A stretch of DNA of 57,402 nucleotides from Toensbergia leucococca (taxonomy: Eukaryota), in the NCBI GenBank assembly GCA_022813965.1, contig JALDZS010000063.1, positions 62,001-119,402 of the forward strand, written 5' to 3'. Positions within the stretch are counted from its first letter, which is position 1. Each line of letters starts with the position of its first letter. The position numbers and the translations under genes are program-made. The notes below the pieces were generated by a model. That model saw only the letters and a list, made by a program, of their open reading frames with translations, ran no database searches and was not told the origin of the DNA. Shown one piece after another: positions 39,197 through 52,242 of this stretch.

Positions 39197-40183
39197 ATGG
39201 ATAATGGGAACATGAGATTTGCCGTCGGCTTTCGACGTATGTTCATTCCACAGAATTCTGGCCACGATGGATATTCTAACCTTCTGTATAGGTTTCATCC
39301 CATTTTTCGGCTACCATCATATTCTCATGATCCTCATTGCTCTAGCTATAATCCTCCTCTGTAAGTCTCTTACTACCACTAAAACCCGATCATCTCAGGC
39401 TAATCTTTCCCCCTTCAGCCCTCCTACTAGCAGGTTGCTCCTCCTCATCTCCCTTAATACCAGACATCTACCTCATATCATTTTACTACCAAAAGTACGG
39501 ACCGGTATTCGATCCTGCACAAGTCGATCCGGGCGTCACAACCGCCATTGCAAACATAGTCGGCCAAGCAGACCTTGAAGTCCGAGTCGGCTACTTTGGC
39601 ATCTGCATCAATCCTGATGGCGGTGCATTTCTATGCAGCAACAACGCAAGCAGTCTAGCGAGCCAAGTCAGCGTAGATCAAGATCCCTTGAATTTAATAT
39701 GGGTCGGAGAAACCTTCAAAGACAACATCGTTTTTCCGTATCTATTGTAAGGCTTCAATCAAAACCCTATTTCTAGTGAACTACCCGCTAATAGAGCTCC
39801 CTTGCAGAATCGTTGCCATCATCCTCGCCTTTCTCTGCTTCGTCCTCCTGGCCACCTTCCCAGGTTGGCACGAAGAAGTCGACGACCGCGATTCAGTCCG
39901 CGATGTCAAACCTTTTCCCTCCCGCCCCGTCTCTCAAGTCGCCCTTGCCTTAATCTTCGTTGCCTCCGTCTTTGTGCTTGTTTCCGTCCTATGGCAGCAC
40001 ACAGCCTCGGTAGCTGCGAGCACGATTGCGCAAGACCTGGCCAACGGCAGCGTGAGGAGCGGCATCGGCACCTCAGCGATGGTGCTGGGGTGGTTTGGCT
40101 TTGGGCTGTTCATCGTAGTCACGATCGGACTGTTGGTGATGATTTTAAGTATCAGTCTGTTGGATCGATTAACGGACGAATAA
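39197..40183 (+). CDS. FIG1: Ca2+ influx / membrane fusion protein Fig1
   Basis: FIPFFGYHHILMILIA..LLLAGCSS, LEVRVGYFGIC..GGAFLCS (claudin-like motif), DPLNLIW, TFPGWHEE, VKPFPSRPVSQ, LWQHTASVAA. Three introns. The start could instead be at 39212. Confidence 0.9.
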
Positions 40184-40784
40184 ACTTTTGGAAACTTGAC
40201 ACGAGTTCTTCGAACGAAAATGGTTTCTCCTTTTATTGATGATTTTTCAGCGTGCATCGCGAGGGACCGACGATTTGCATATACCCTTCTACTTCCTTGG
40301 TTTTTTTTTTGTGTCAATGACCCCGCTGTATAGCGCATCTCTCCTGCACATTATATTGTTTGATTGTGTGCATTTGCAGGGGTTTCTGGTGCCAGGACAT
40401 CTGGATATGTGTCCTCGGGGTATACATTTGCTGTATGTGCAAAAATTTTGGTGGTGGGGGGCCCATCTCGGGTGCAAATAGCAACTCTTGAAGAAAATAT
40501 CATACATGTCTGTGAGATTGGATGTTTTTGTGGACGGGATGGCATGTACATGGACGGATTCTGTGGAATGGGGGCACTGCCTGAGTCATTGTATTGATTG
40601 ATGGTCATTCACGAGGACGGAATACTGTGTACAATGTTTTCATTTACACAATGTGACTTGATGAATTTAAATCCTCAACCATCTTACGGTACACCTGAGA
40701 ATCATACGCATTAACAACACAATTGATATTCCAACACCAGTGCTCCAACCTCACTCCAGCGCCCCCTGTCCCTATGGCATCCAA

Positions 40785-42748
40785 TCAGTATTGCATATAA
40801 CCTCCCGCCCCCAGAGGAGGAAACGCCGCATTGTAACCCTCACCACCATTCCCGCCCTGGCCGGGCCCATCATCATAACTCGGCTGCGCATTCTGATACG
40901 CACCGTTACCACCCTGTCCGTACCGATGATTCCCGCCCATGTCATCGAGAGACTTGTACCCGCCTCGACCCCTTCCCCTGCCCCCTCCGCCTCGGGGACC
41001 GCCTCTTCCGCCTCGACCAGGATACGGTGGATGTCTCGGGCCGCTAGGTCCGCCGCCTCGCCCTCGACTTGGATTGCCGCCTCGGTACCCGCTGTTCTGG
41101 CCACCGCCGCCGCCTCTCCGATTCTCATCGTGGGCGAATCCACCACGTTGGTTCTGCGGCCCAGTCGGCGGCACCCAGCCCGTTCGGTCTGGCTCGGCAT
41201 TGCCGTTGTCCTCCTGTCCGTGTCGTCGTTTGGGATTCTTATTCGCGAAGAGGCTTTCGTATTCGCCTTCGCCTTCGACTTCTTCCTCGACGCGGAGTTG
41301 CACTTTTTCTCCCACTACAGTTTGGAAGACGTGCTGCTTTTCTGGGCTAAGGGGCTGCCAGTTATGGATTCTGCCTGCGTCGATGGGGCGAGCGCCTTTT
41401 AGGAGCGCTAGAACTATAATTGGGACGGGGTTGTCGGTGTGGTAGGTGGCTTTTGGGGGTATAGGCTCAACTCGCGCAGCCCAGATCTTGGATTCCCACA
41501 CCGCGGTGCCGGTGATTTGCCAGCTTTGTTTTGAGCCAAGGCCGCCAACTTTTTCTACGATGGATGGTGAACAGGGGCGGGGGGTGATGAGGATATTGTT
41601 TGCTAGAAACTTGATTTCGCTTTCTGGCATAGTTGGGGGAATGCTGATGAGGCCGAGGAGCTTTGCGGTGTCGGTGGGGGAAATTAGGTAGCCGGTATAG
41701 AAAATTGTGCGTTTGATTTGCAGTCGGGAAGATCGGGATGTGTTGAGGGATAAATTGTAGCTGTTTACCATGCGCTGAACTTCGGCGGTTTCAACAACTG
41801 GGTCGAGGGTTGTAGCTATCTCAGCAACCTGGATCACGTCTGCTGTTATGGATTTGCGGGGAGTAGGGGTCGAGTGCAATAGGAGAGTTTTGTTGAGCTT
41901 TTCAAAAAACTCACGGAAGCCTCTTACACTGTGCACTGGTTAGAAAAGGGAGCTTGAAGTGAAGAGTCCAAAGGATTTGTACTGTCTGGGTCTGTCTTCG
42001 TAGACTCGTATTTGCTCGGCGTCTTTGTATGTGTATATCATATCTTCAAGTAGGGCTTGCTTGTACAACATCGTACTAGAGAAGCGTTGATTGTTGGGGC
42101 CAGCTTGAGGTTTTAGGCAAATCATATCAAATTGAAGATTCTTGCTGGCGACCATGCGCTTTATGAGATCCGCAAAGTTGTGTTCGCTTCGGCCGGTCAG
42201 GAGTACAGTCAGGGCATCGTCTTGCTGGACACTGAGGTCCACAAGGCTGACCTTAACACCATCAGTTTCGCTCTATTCTCTCTATTCTTCTCGGCAATCC
42301 TACGATGTGCTCATTCCACCACCCTTCCCATGCTCTTGGCTCCTCCTTCTCCAGTCCTTCTCCTGTAGCTTGTAGTATGTGATGGTCATGCCACCAGCCC
42401 CCATTGACGAAGCTTTCTTGCGCTTGCAAGTAGCCTATGGATGTCCCAGTCCATAATTTAGGGTTCGGCAACGGGCTCATGAACACTAATGCCGTTCAGT
42501 CTTGACTGAGAGTAGCCTGAAGATATTTCGAGGCACTCACAGGTGTTATCAAAGTCATACACATGAATGTGTTTGATTTGAGGAATAGCTACATTCGTTC
42601 AGAAGCGTACCCATAGGCACAAGACAGTCAACGCACCTGGAAGTTCTCTACTTTGGCATGACCATCTCTTTAAGCCGGTGATTGTGTGAGAGACGGCCTT
42701 GCGCCCCAGAAGAGGATTTGGAAACCCATTGGTCAGGGGGCCACTCAT
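40785..42748 (-). CDS. HAD-superfamily 'Swiss Army Knife RNA repair-like' domain protein with RGG tail
   Basis: IHVYDFDNTLFMSPLPNPKLW, GGWWH, LTVLLTGR, IRVYEDRPRH; C-terminal RGGRGGPRGGGGRGRGRGG. Confidence 0.82.
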
Positions 42749-42976
42749 CTTCGAGATTGCGTGTACGAGAAACGCAGCCAGATTGCAACACCTAGCACAT
42801 TTCTAAATGGTACGAGTACGTATGATTGTACGGAGTAGTGACGGTACGAGTATGAAGTGACTTGATTTTCGCGACTGAGTGCGGAATGTTTCCGCACACA
42901 ACGTCAAGCTCCACACATCCCTCCATCGGCCCTTCTCAACTTCCGACCATTTCAACACTCACCAACTGACGAGCGC

Positions 42977-44039
42977 ATGGAGGAAGAGGTGGATATCAGG
43001 CAGCAGGTGCTACAGAGTGCCTTGGAAGAGATCAAGACGACCTCAGGGAATACTGAAAGTCAAGCCGACCCTTGTGTCATCTGTCTCGATGCCATCTCCG
43101 AGAAAGCCGTTGCCTCTCCATGCCGCCACCACAATTTTTGCTTCCTTTGTCTTGTGAGCTGGCTACAAGAACGATCGACATGTCCGCTCTGTGAGTGTGT
43201 CCTAAATCTTGCGAAGAAGAAGATTGCTCATGCTGAACTTCGGCCTAGGTAAAAGTGAAGTGTGTTCTGTCGAGTACGACTGGCAGGCTCCTGAAGATTT
43301 CAAAGTTTACAAGGTGCCGTCAACCGATAACCAAACGCCAAGAAATGACCCTTCTCATCCAAGCTATACTATCAGTACTGGATACCGTGGCAGACGTCCC
43401 CGAACCAGGAGGCTCCACGGGGGTTCCAGACCAAGGCCAGCGCCAACCTTGGACGCCGCTCTCCTTCGTCGTAAACAGATTTACCAAACCCAGCTCTATT
43501 CCCTACACGTGGGCTCGAACCGCGTCTCTAGGTTTCGGGATCTTACCCCCCAAATATTCTGCCGCGACAACGAGCTTATCTCACGCGCACGCAAGTGGAT
43601 CCGAAGAGAACTCCAAGTCTTCGAGTTCCTTAACCTAGAAAGCGATGTAGAGAAAGGTACTACTCGAAGAGCGAACAACGCAGAATTTTTACTTGAATAC
43701 ATCGTGGCTATTTTGAAATCTGTTGACGTGAAGGGGAGCGGAGGTCAAGCTGAGGACATGTTACAGGAGTTCCTGGGCAGGGATAATACCAGACTCTTTC
43801 TTCATGAGCTCAAGGCATGGCTCCGTAGCCCGTATATTTCGCTAGAGGACTGGGATCGGAACGTACAATACAATGAGCGCACTCAGGAGGGCAGATGCCA
43901 AGAATCAGTATACAACAACTATGCAAGAAAATCGCCAGAACGCGAGAGTAAGGTATCCAATCCTTCGAATATGGTAGTCAGAAAAGGCAATCGCCGAAGA
44001 GTGGATCGATATATCCCCTACCAAACCAATACTCCCTAA
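42977..44039 (+). CDS. RING E3 ubiquitin ligase, Psh1/Topors-like
   Basis: C3HC4 [31 protein letters not shown] across intron 43191-43248. Also [42 protein letters not shown]. Confidence 0.85.
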
Positions 44040-44099
44040 GTGAACGTTCGTGGCAGCAAGGTAGATCTCCTAGAAACTTCGGATGAAGAACTTATCTAT

Positions 44100-45130
44100 C
44101 TTTTTCTAAAACTGGTAAAGTTTAGCTAAAACTTGCAAAAATCCACAAAGTTCTCCGTGGATTCTTTGTCCGCCACTCGGCTTGTCACAATGACGAGGAG
44201 ACTTCGATCAAAACTTACATCCACCGATCGTGCAATTGCGAACATCTTCTCGGCTGAATATCCTCGTCAACTTCACGCCATCGCCTCTGATCCAAAGTGA
44301 TCTTGAACCCGAGCATGCGTCAGGTAAAGTCGTCCTTTTCAAGAAGACGCTAAAAGGAGGAAAAGTACAATCATCCGGCAAAGTGTGTGAGGAAATTTTC
44401 ATGGGGTTTCTAAACAGGAGAGATCTGAAAATGGGAATGATCTCTAAGATGTGTGAGTTCAGACCATCCGATATAACTCTGTCAACTGAAACGCCTCGGC
44501 ACTCCACGACTACGAGGTGTACGGTTGACTTCACCTCCTTGAGTTTCATCTGTACAGAGCACCCCACTGCCAGAAGTACCTCCAAACGTCACTTCTGAAA
44601 AACGCTGCAGTGATCCCAAGCACTATTTCGTTATGGAAAGCTCTACTCTACTCAAAGAGACGCCCCTAGCGAATATGGATCGATGCAGCCAGCGATTGGA
44701 CACCCAAAGAGACACTTGAGCCTAGCAAAAGACTAGAAGTCTTTGGCCATAGATGGAAGAGACTGACTGGTATTCATATCAGCTTGAATCAACGATCCTA
44801 GCTTCGGCCTACCGGCTCTGTTTATGTAATGGCAGAGACCACGCATATTTTCAAACTTTCCTCAAGTAGAAGCAGGAAACGCACTACTAGGTACAGTTTG
44901 CTCAGGCTTTGGAGGGCAAAGCTAGATTTAGAGAAGATTCATCGTGGTCTAGAGGTGTTATTTAATTCTCTATCCGTTATCTTCGTTTTTGGAGAATTCA
45001 TGGAACGTTGAGTCAGACATCTCACTTTTATTTGTATCCATTTGGTCCATGAAAGTCCACGGTTAGTCCATGCCAGACATGAGTCTATTGGGATTGAAGT
45101 CAATGGCGGAGTAGATCTTGGACATTGTTT
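44100..45130 (-). pseudogene. Possible orphan gene or remnant
   Basis: 125-aa stop-free frame at 44208-44585 ending at a gtaagt donor-like site. Upstream frames are interrupted and no family is recognised. Confidence 0.2.
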
Positions 45131-45789
45131 CCCCTCGCTTCAAATCAATGCACACGAAGAGAAGTCCCATGAGTAACTGTACGCCATCCTTAATCGCCAG
45201 CGATGTCCGTGTTACAAGCCTTCACAAGAGAGGACACGGAATGGAACCGCCCCTGTGACAACTTGCGTGGGGAATGCGGTAGAAATTTGGAGCGTTGAAG
45301 ATAAATTTCTGTGGAAAGAAAAATCATGGGATAATGCAAGCCTTTTTGCAAGCCTTTTAATTATGAAGATTACGGAATTTTTGATTCGAGTGCATTTTGA
45401 TCACGCCTTTGGAGTGCCTCAAACTGCCTGCAGTGGCTGGATGAGAAAGCACTGGGTCTCTAAGACTTGGGACAGAATTTTCCGATCCGAGTAGTTCGTC
45501 AGCTACATTCAGGGCGAGTGGGATAGTTGGACTCCGAGCAATCGAAACACTCCGAAAGGCCCATCTGTGATAAACAAAACGCTGGATGCTAGGATCATAA
45601 CCCAAGATCACGTGGTGCCGCAGACTTGATTCGCAGTACTCGTATGCGTAGGTATATGGTATCAGCGCAGAATTTCAAATAATGTAGCAAGATACCCAGT
45701 TACCACTTTCACAAGCTACCATCCTCATAGAAAAACAAATCATAATTTTCCACCTCTGGACTCTGAACCCACAAGTCCAAAAAACAACC

Positions 45790-47375
45790 TCACCGCTTCC
45801 GTCTAAACCTCCCTCCCCCTTTCCCCTTGGACTGTTTATTCTTGATCTTCAGCGACCGAAAATTCGCATGAGCCGTCGCACTGATTTTCTTGGCCGCCTT
45901 TTTGATCGCCTCGCCTGCACTCTTCTTGTTTTTTCCCTTCTCCTTTGGCACTTCCAACCCCTCTTTTCCCTGCTCTCCTGACAGCTCCCCAACTACAATG
46001 TGCTCCTCATCCCCACCGGCGCCCTGCGTCTCCGTGACCGCCAACAACTCATCATCCTCGCTCTCGGCCCCACCCTTCCACTCCGGCTCTGGCTTCCACT
46101 TGCCGGCATTCGGCTTCATGGCCACCCGGCGCGTACTTCTTTTCTGGCCTTTCTTTTTCCAAACTTTCAACGGTCGTCCGTCCCTCGTCTTTCCCTCCAG
46201 CGACAAATCTTCGCTTCCGCTTCCGTCTTCCTCTTCGCCGTCGGCTCCTAGAGGCATTTCCAACTGACTATCCCCTACTATAATCGTGGGCGGTTCTTCG
46301 ATTATTGGACTCATACCCCCGCGTTTACGATCCTCACGGGGATCATGACTAGCTCCCTGCGTCTCCATCTCCAGCTCCCTCATCAGTTCCATCTCTTCGT
46401 CGAGTTTGTCCTCTTCCATCTTCCTCAGACCCCTCACCAGCGCACTTAGGCCCTTCCCCGCAGGCTTAGCCGGCAAGCGAACCTTGACCGGACTCCACGT
46501 AAACTCTCCATCAGCCTCATTTCTACTATCTTCAAGATTGAAATCTTGCGTACGCTGGCTGTTTCTTCTCAGAAAGTCAGGAGTGTCGCCGAAGCGCAGC
46601 TTGGATACACCGCCTCTCGAGCCGGGAGTGCGCTGTTCAGCAACGCGGCGAGCCGAAGGTGTGAGGAACGAGCTGAGGTAGATACGTTTGGAGAGGCTAG
46701 GGGGTGTCTTGGAGTGTTTCCCATGCGACGGGGGCGCCTCCTCGCCATCAATGTCCGCTGATGTTCCCTGACTATTCCGACGAGGCTTGGAAGGAGTTGC
46801 ATGCGGGTTTCCAGTGACGGGTTGCAAAAATAGTCCTTTCTTGGATGGCGTCGTTTTGCTGCCCGAGGACGGAGAAAGCAAATCGAACAGCCCAAGCACT
46901 AAACCATCTCTCTGGGGGGTGGGTCCGATACAGGTGCGGGAAACGGACGGCGTGCGCTGAGCGGAGTGCGGTGTGTCGTAGGGATCGAGATCAGAGGGGT
47001 GGAGGGGATGTGTGTGTTTTGACCGCTTTTGAGGTGTTTCTGTCGAGGATGAAGCTGGAGGTTGGGGGGGTGGGATCTTGCGTTTTTTGGACGAGGGGGA
47101 TTTGTGGGCGAGGAGGTTGCGGAGGCGGGTGTATTCTTTGTATTTGGATGCTGGGGAAGGAGTTTTTTTAGGCTTCTGTTATTTTGGGAGAGAAGAGGAT
47201 GATGATGTTGGGGGGTTTACACACCTATTTCCGGATGCTGCTTGATGTCGTCGCGGCCGGCTTTTTGGTTGTCGTGTGAAGCTGCGAAGGACTTTTCCCA
47301 TTCTTTCAGCTCGGAGCGGAGGACTTGGGATTTTTCCGTGATGTTTGTCTTTGTTGCGGAGTCTGGGATTGACAT
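45790..47375 (-). CDS. SLD2: DNA replication regulator Sld2/Drc1
   Basis: LRSELKEWEKSFAASH..KAGRDDIKQHPEI, IGPTPQRDG.VLGLFDLL, many S/T-P CDK sites, KVWKKKGQKRSTRRV.MKP, HANFRSLKIK. Confidence 0.92.
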
Positions 47376-47465
47376 CTTTGCTGGCTCTGTGGGTCGAGGT
47401 TTAAGGGCTGGTAATATGGGATGCTTCTTGCGGTTCTTCGCGTTGTGGGGTTCTCTAATTACGTC

Positions 47466-47471
47466 ACGCGT
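47466..47471. promoter_or_regulatory. MCB element ACGCGT upstream of SLD2
   Basis: Perfect ACGCGT about 90 nt upstream of the SLD2 ATG, with a second CGCG core near 47439. Confidence 0.6.
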
Positions 47472-47634
47472 TGCGGGACTGAGGCTCAGGCACCACAGGC
47501 TCAAGCGAAGGATAACTGGTCGAGGGGTGATAACGAAATATGATATGAATTAGTCGAAGGATCTCTCATCGTCAATTACAGGTCAACACAGAGACATGGC
47601 AACGCAGATGACCCACTGAATTCCTCGAGATTTC

Positions 47635-48172
47635 ATGCACGCTCCCGCTCCGCCTGGACACCTGTGTTTAAGATGCCGCATCTACCGCAACAATGACAAC
47701 GAAAATTACGCTGTCCATGCTGTGACACATGGGCAGATACACTTCAAACTTACAGCACCGACAGCTGAGAGTACAGCTAGCAAGGCGATTAAAGAATTCC
47801 TTACTAAAGTCGGTGAGACCCTCTTCTGATCTTGCCTGTTTGTTTGAGACGGACATTTGAATTGGAAAGCAAAAGGGGAAACATGGTCAGGTTGATGACA
47901 ACTAGAAGGTTTTAGAAGTGCCGAAGAGCAATATTGAGCTTCTTAAGGGGCACAATCTCAGAGAGGAAACAGTGACTGTTGAATTCAATGGCTACGAGCA
48001 CGAGGATAGATGCATTGTGGAGACCAAAAAGAAAATCCAAGCCGGGACAGACGTCTGTTACATGAGGATTGCATTGACGTTCATAGCTTATTTGCAGTTC
48101 CAAATCTTCGCTGCCTTAAAGCTACCACAGTCGTCCGGAGAAGGCCTGGCAGATTCAGAACCATCATCCTAA
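47635..48172 (+). CDS. Possible small two-exon orphan protein (~145 aa)
   Basis: ORF 47635.. can splice G|gtgaga (47813) to tttag|AA (47915) in frame with ORF 47918-48172. The branch site is weak and no homology is recognised. Confidence 0.25.
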
Positions 48173-49892
48173 AACTCCATGGCATCACCTTCTTCTCTTT
48201 CTCTTTTGACACCTCTTTCATCCCTTAAAAGATCCGCTACATAGGACTTGAAGTACTCCACATACGGTTTCAAGCTCGTCTTCTCATAATCCTGTATCTT
48301 CTTTCCCTCGGCTTCATCGTCGTCCTTTATGCTTGCCGCATCCCAGGCATCGATTTCGCCCAACAGCTCCGTCACCGTTGCCACGCCCAAGGGATCGAAT
48401 TTCTCCAGTCTTTTCGTGTCAATAGGCACGCAAACCCTGCCTGTCCCAGGATGCACGACGAACGGTGATTTGAGTAGATGGATCTGCTTTTTGCTGACTT
48501 CCACATCGAGACGCGGGTAGGTGTACTCAAGTACGATGTCTTGCTTTGCCTCTAGTAATGCCTTACCATCGAGAGTTTTACTTGCCCCTGTCTTTGCTAA
48601 TGCGTCGATATCGGCCCACTTACTAGTGCTGGATCGGCCAAGAGCCGATTCCCATTTCTTCCGAAGAGCGTCATTCAATGCTTTATCGGGAAGCAGTTGT
48701 AATAGTCGTTCGCTTTTCTCAGGCATCGCCCAAGGGTCCTGGTCTTCAAGGATGTCGCTCTGGAAATGGTCTTTAAGGATATCGAGGCTCCGGCTACAAA
48801 GCAGCTACTTTCAATACATGGTTGTCTGGGCTGATGCTTGTACTTACGCAAGATGCGGATGCAACGGCCTTTTCACGTTGACCTTCTTCCCACTCTGTGC
48901 TCCTCCCTTGATGACCTCCAGATACCCTGCTATCGCTCTTCTTTTCCCATCATCCATGTCCCTAGCTCTCTTATCGCTAATCCATGCGTGGGCTCCTCTC
49001 CGCCCAGAATATACCCACATTATATGGCAAAAACCAAAGTCCTCCCTCAGCGCTGCGTCAACTATTTTAATAGCCATCGTCACAAACGACCAGCATTTAT
49101 GGCAGATATTAGCTTTATCGCAGCAGGTTCGAATCTCATCATAATCCGTCAAGTCGATATCAAACACTAGTTCCTTTGCTATTGGACGAAAAGCGGTGGA
49201 TTTTCGGAGGGTTTTACGATCTCGTGGGTTGGTAGTATATACAGGTCCGATCTCGAATCGTGAGGGATTGAGACGTAGGATATCTTTTCGGAGGCTGCCG
49301 ATGTGACTGTAAGCTTTTTGCTCTGGGTTTGGACATGGAAAGAAGTCTTGCGTACAGCTCTGCTGTCGGGAAGCTCTGGTATCGTAGATAGGCATCATTC
49401 TGCAGCGTGAAAGCGAATTCTCGGTGCCCAAAGTCATTCGAAGGCTTCATTGAATGATTGAGCCATTGAAACAGTAATCGGAATGGAAAGAGACGTTGGT
49501 AGAAAGCAAGCATAACCTCGGGATCCGAGTATTTCGCTGAAGGGGGCAATTGACTAGGAAACCCGACTGAATAAGCCAAACGGGAAATCCTCCTATGGGC
49601 AATGTACTCACACTGGTGTCGCTGGTGGACTGCTCTCCATCTTGCTGTCCGTAGCTGCAGAACCTGGAAACTCCTCGTCCGAGTCATCGTCATCTTTGAA
49701 GAGGTCTTGGAGCTTTATCTCCGTCTTAGCTGTGCTTTTAGTTGTCTCTTCAGCCCGAGCAACCGCCCCGTCGGATTCATCACTATCCGAATCCTGCTTC
49801 CCATCGGACGAAGGTTGTGCTGGTGCGTCAGGTAAAACGATGTCTTCCTGCGACGAGGTGGGCGAATCTCCCGGAGATATTGAATGTGGCAT
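48169..49892 (-). CDS. PRI1: DNA primase small (catalytic) subunit
   Basis: FYQRLFPF, HREFAFTL..DAYLRYQSF, PSRFEIG, KELVFDIDLTDYD, WVYSGRRGAHAW, YPRLDVEVSK..HLLKSPFVVHPGTGRVCVPI. Confidence 0.97.
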
Positions 49893-50521
49893 CTTTCATA
49901 GGATGTCGGCGCCAAAGGATTGCTCAGACGATAGTCTACGTATCTATAAACGTTTTTCAAGATATCCACGGTTGAGGCTGCGAATACAGAAATGTGCAAT
50001 GATTATCCGTACCACGCCGAGCACGCTCTCCTATCGAAATGTTCGAGAGTCGTGTTGAAAGATGGGCGACGCGCCACGCTTTACCCTTTTCGGGAAGATA
50101 TTAGTTTCTGAGCAATTCATTGATTCGCCTTCGGTGCACTCGATTGTCTAATGATAGCTCGAACATATGCGCGTGGATACATTTATTACCATGTTTTCAT
50201 ATTGTTGCAATCCGAGGGCCTATTACGTCAAAGAGCTCAATGCATATCATGCCCTGAAAATCATTCCTGATGTGGTTCAACGAAGAGACAAATTGCTAAT
50301 GATAAAATGCATCCTGTCTAAGTGATGGATCGAACACTACGGAGATACCAGTACTCCTTGGTTGCGAGCGAGATGCAAACCACAATGGAGAACGAAACCT
50401 CACTACTTTAACGCCTCCATGAATAGATGTCTCGGCCGTCGCTGCCGTGAAGAATTTGCTCCATATAAATGCCTTGATAGAACGCCCCGGCTGGCTACCA
50501 TGTCTGCTTGCTGCTAGGGTT

Positions 50522-52242
50522 CTATAGTCCCAACATATCTACATTGAACTTCCATTCGCCTATAAATCGTGAGTGAATACCCTCGGAGTAATATAACAAG
50601 TCTTCACTCACCTCTCTTCAAATTATCGGCCGTATCACTTAGCAAAATTATCCTTCTCTTATTACAATAGGACGTCTTATCCATCATATCGACCTTCAAA
50701 GCCGCCAGTTCGGTCGTAGGCTTCTCGAACATCTCGCTTAAACTCTCGACCGCCATCTCGAGATCTTTCTGGTTATCTTCGAAGATTTCGGTCAGATTAT
50801 TTCTTGCTAGGTAGTAAGCAAAAGCGTAAGTCCACTTTAAAGTTTGCCGGCATTGTTGCAGCGCTTGAGACGCCGTATCCAAGAATTGTACTTCGATCCA
50901 TGACATTCCAGATGCCGTTTGAAGGTTTATCATCTTCTTCTCGGTCTTCAGATATAGGTCTTTATCAAGTTTTGCAGATTGCTCATGATTGGCATAGCGA
51001 TTGTAGTAGTGTAGATAGCGTTCGAGAGATTGCCGTGACTTGGCTTGAGCATCGCGCCCATCGTGCCCGGATTTCTCTTCAAAGCGATTGCAATTGTACC
51101 AGCTAGTACCATGCTCAGACCACAATCCCATACACATCCAACAGAACTCATGTTTACATTTCCTACACGTCATATGATTACAGCCGCCGTTCTTCTCAAT
51201 CGTCGACGCACATTTGGGACACTCTTTCGTATTCGCAGAAATCCAATTCGCCGTCTCTGAATCATCCTCGCATTTTTTAAGCCACTTCTTTACTAATGAG
51301 CATGGCGCAGGCTGGTGATCATTCAGTGTGCACCCAAAACAAAAGCGATGGTGGCATGAACAAGCGACGGTGGGTACTATTCGACCGAGATCCTTTTTCT
51401 TGACCGAACATTCAACGGCATACTCGCAGTTGGGTGCTGGACACCATTTAAGGCATTCGATATCATCGACGTATGTACGTGTCAGGAGGATTTGGTATCT
51501 ATTCAGTAATGAGTTGGTACGATACCCATAGTTTTGAATAGAAGAGAATACCTGTTCTTGAGTTCCGCAGCAACCAGTAAGTCCAACGACTTCGAGTCAA
51601 CTATCCGATTACAACCACTTGTTGGGCATTGTATTCTGGCAGCCTCGCCCTCATCTTTGATTTTTTGTGCTAGATATTGCCGGTAGCAGTCAACGCAATA
51701 CCGATGCTCACACTTCAACGCATATGTTTCTTGTGCTAGTTCGTCTTCGCAGCAAATGCCACAAACGAATCCCTTGATCACCTGAGTCCTAGGCGGCTGT
51801 GCAGCATCTGGTCCCAGACCAGCGGTCTCGAGTAAAACCTCCGGCCGTTCCATATATGCTTCTATTAATCTCTCCTTGTTCCATCGTAAGTGCCTTAGCA
51901 ATATGGCCGAAGCTTCGGATGGCAGACCCAGTATGGCGGACACTGCGTCTATCTGCTCATCCTGGTGTGCCTGTATATCTGTTGGTCCAAAGACTTTGAA
52001 ATCCACCTCATACGACTTCTTGGTAGGTTTGATAATGTCTTTGTCTTGCGAGAAGCCAAGATCTGGTTCGTCATCATCGAAGTCTAGAAGTATGAATTTC
52101 CAAGTCAGTCTCACTAATACCTCGTAGCCAAATCGGGATGATAGGCACCTTCACCCAAGCTCCCGTCATCACTCCCTTGTGTCCCCCCGTAATCTTCTTC
52201 TTGGCTTGAAAGACCACTCATGAATTCATCGTCTGAATCCAT
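50522..52242 (-). CDS. HEL1: Ariadne-family RBR E3 ubiquitin ligase (Hel1/Ari1)
   Basis: Acidic N-terminus MDSDDEFMS. RING1 CGICC..CEHRYCVDC, IBR KWCPAPNC, RING2 NTKECPKC..IEKNGGCNHMTC..CKHEFCWMC, Ariadne domain LERYLHYYNR..LKWTYAFAYYL. Confidence 0.93.

Noticed and set aside
40740..41445. Long + strand Pro/Ala-rich ORFs (also those antisense to RAD54, CMR1, SLD2 and PRI1)
   Set aside because: Shadow ORFs of GC-rich coding sequence on the opposite strand.
47376..47504. Open in-frame region upstream of SLD2 with KNRKK
   Set aside because: It spans the MCB promoter element, so it is probably mostly upstream of the TSS. I found no convincing near-cognate start.
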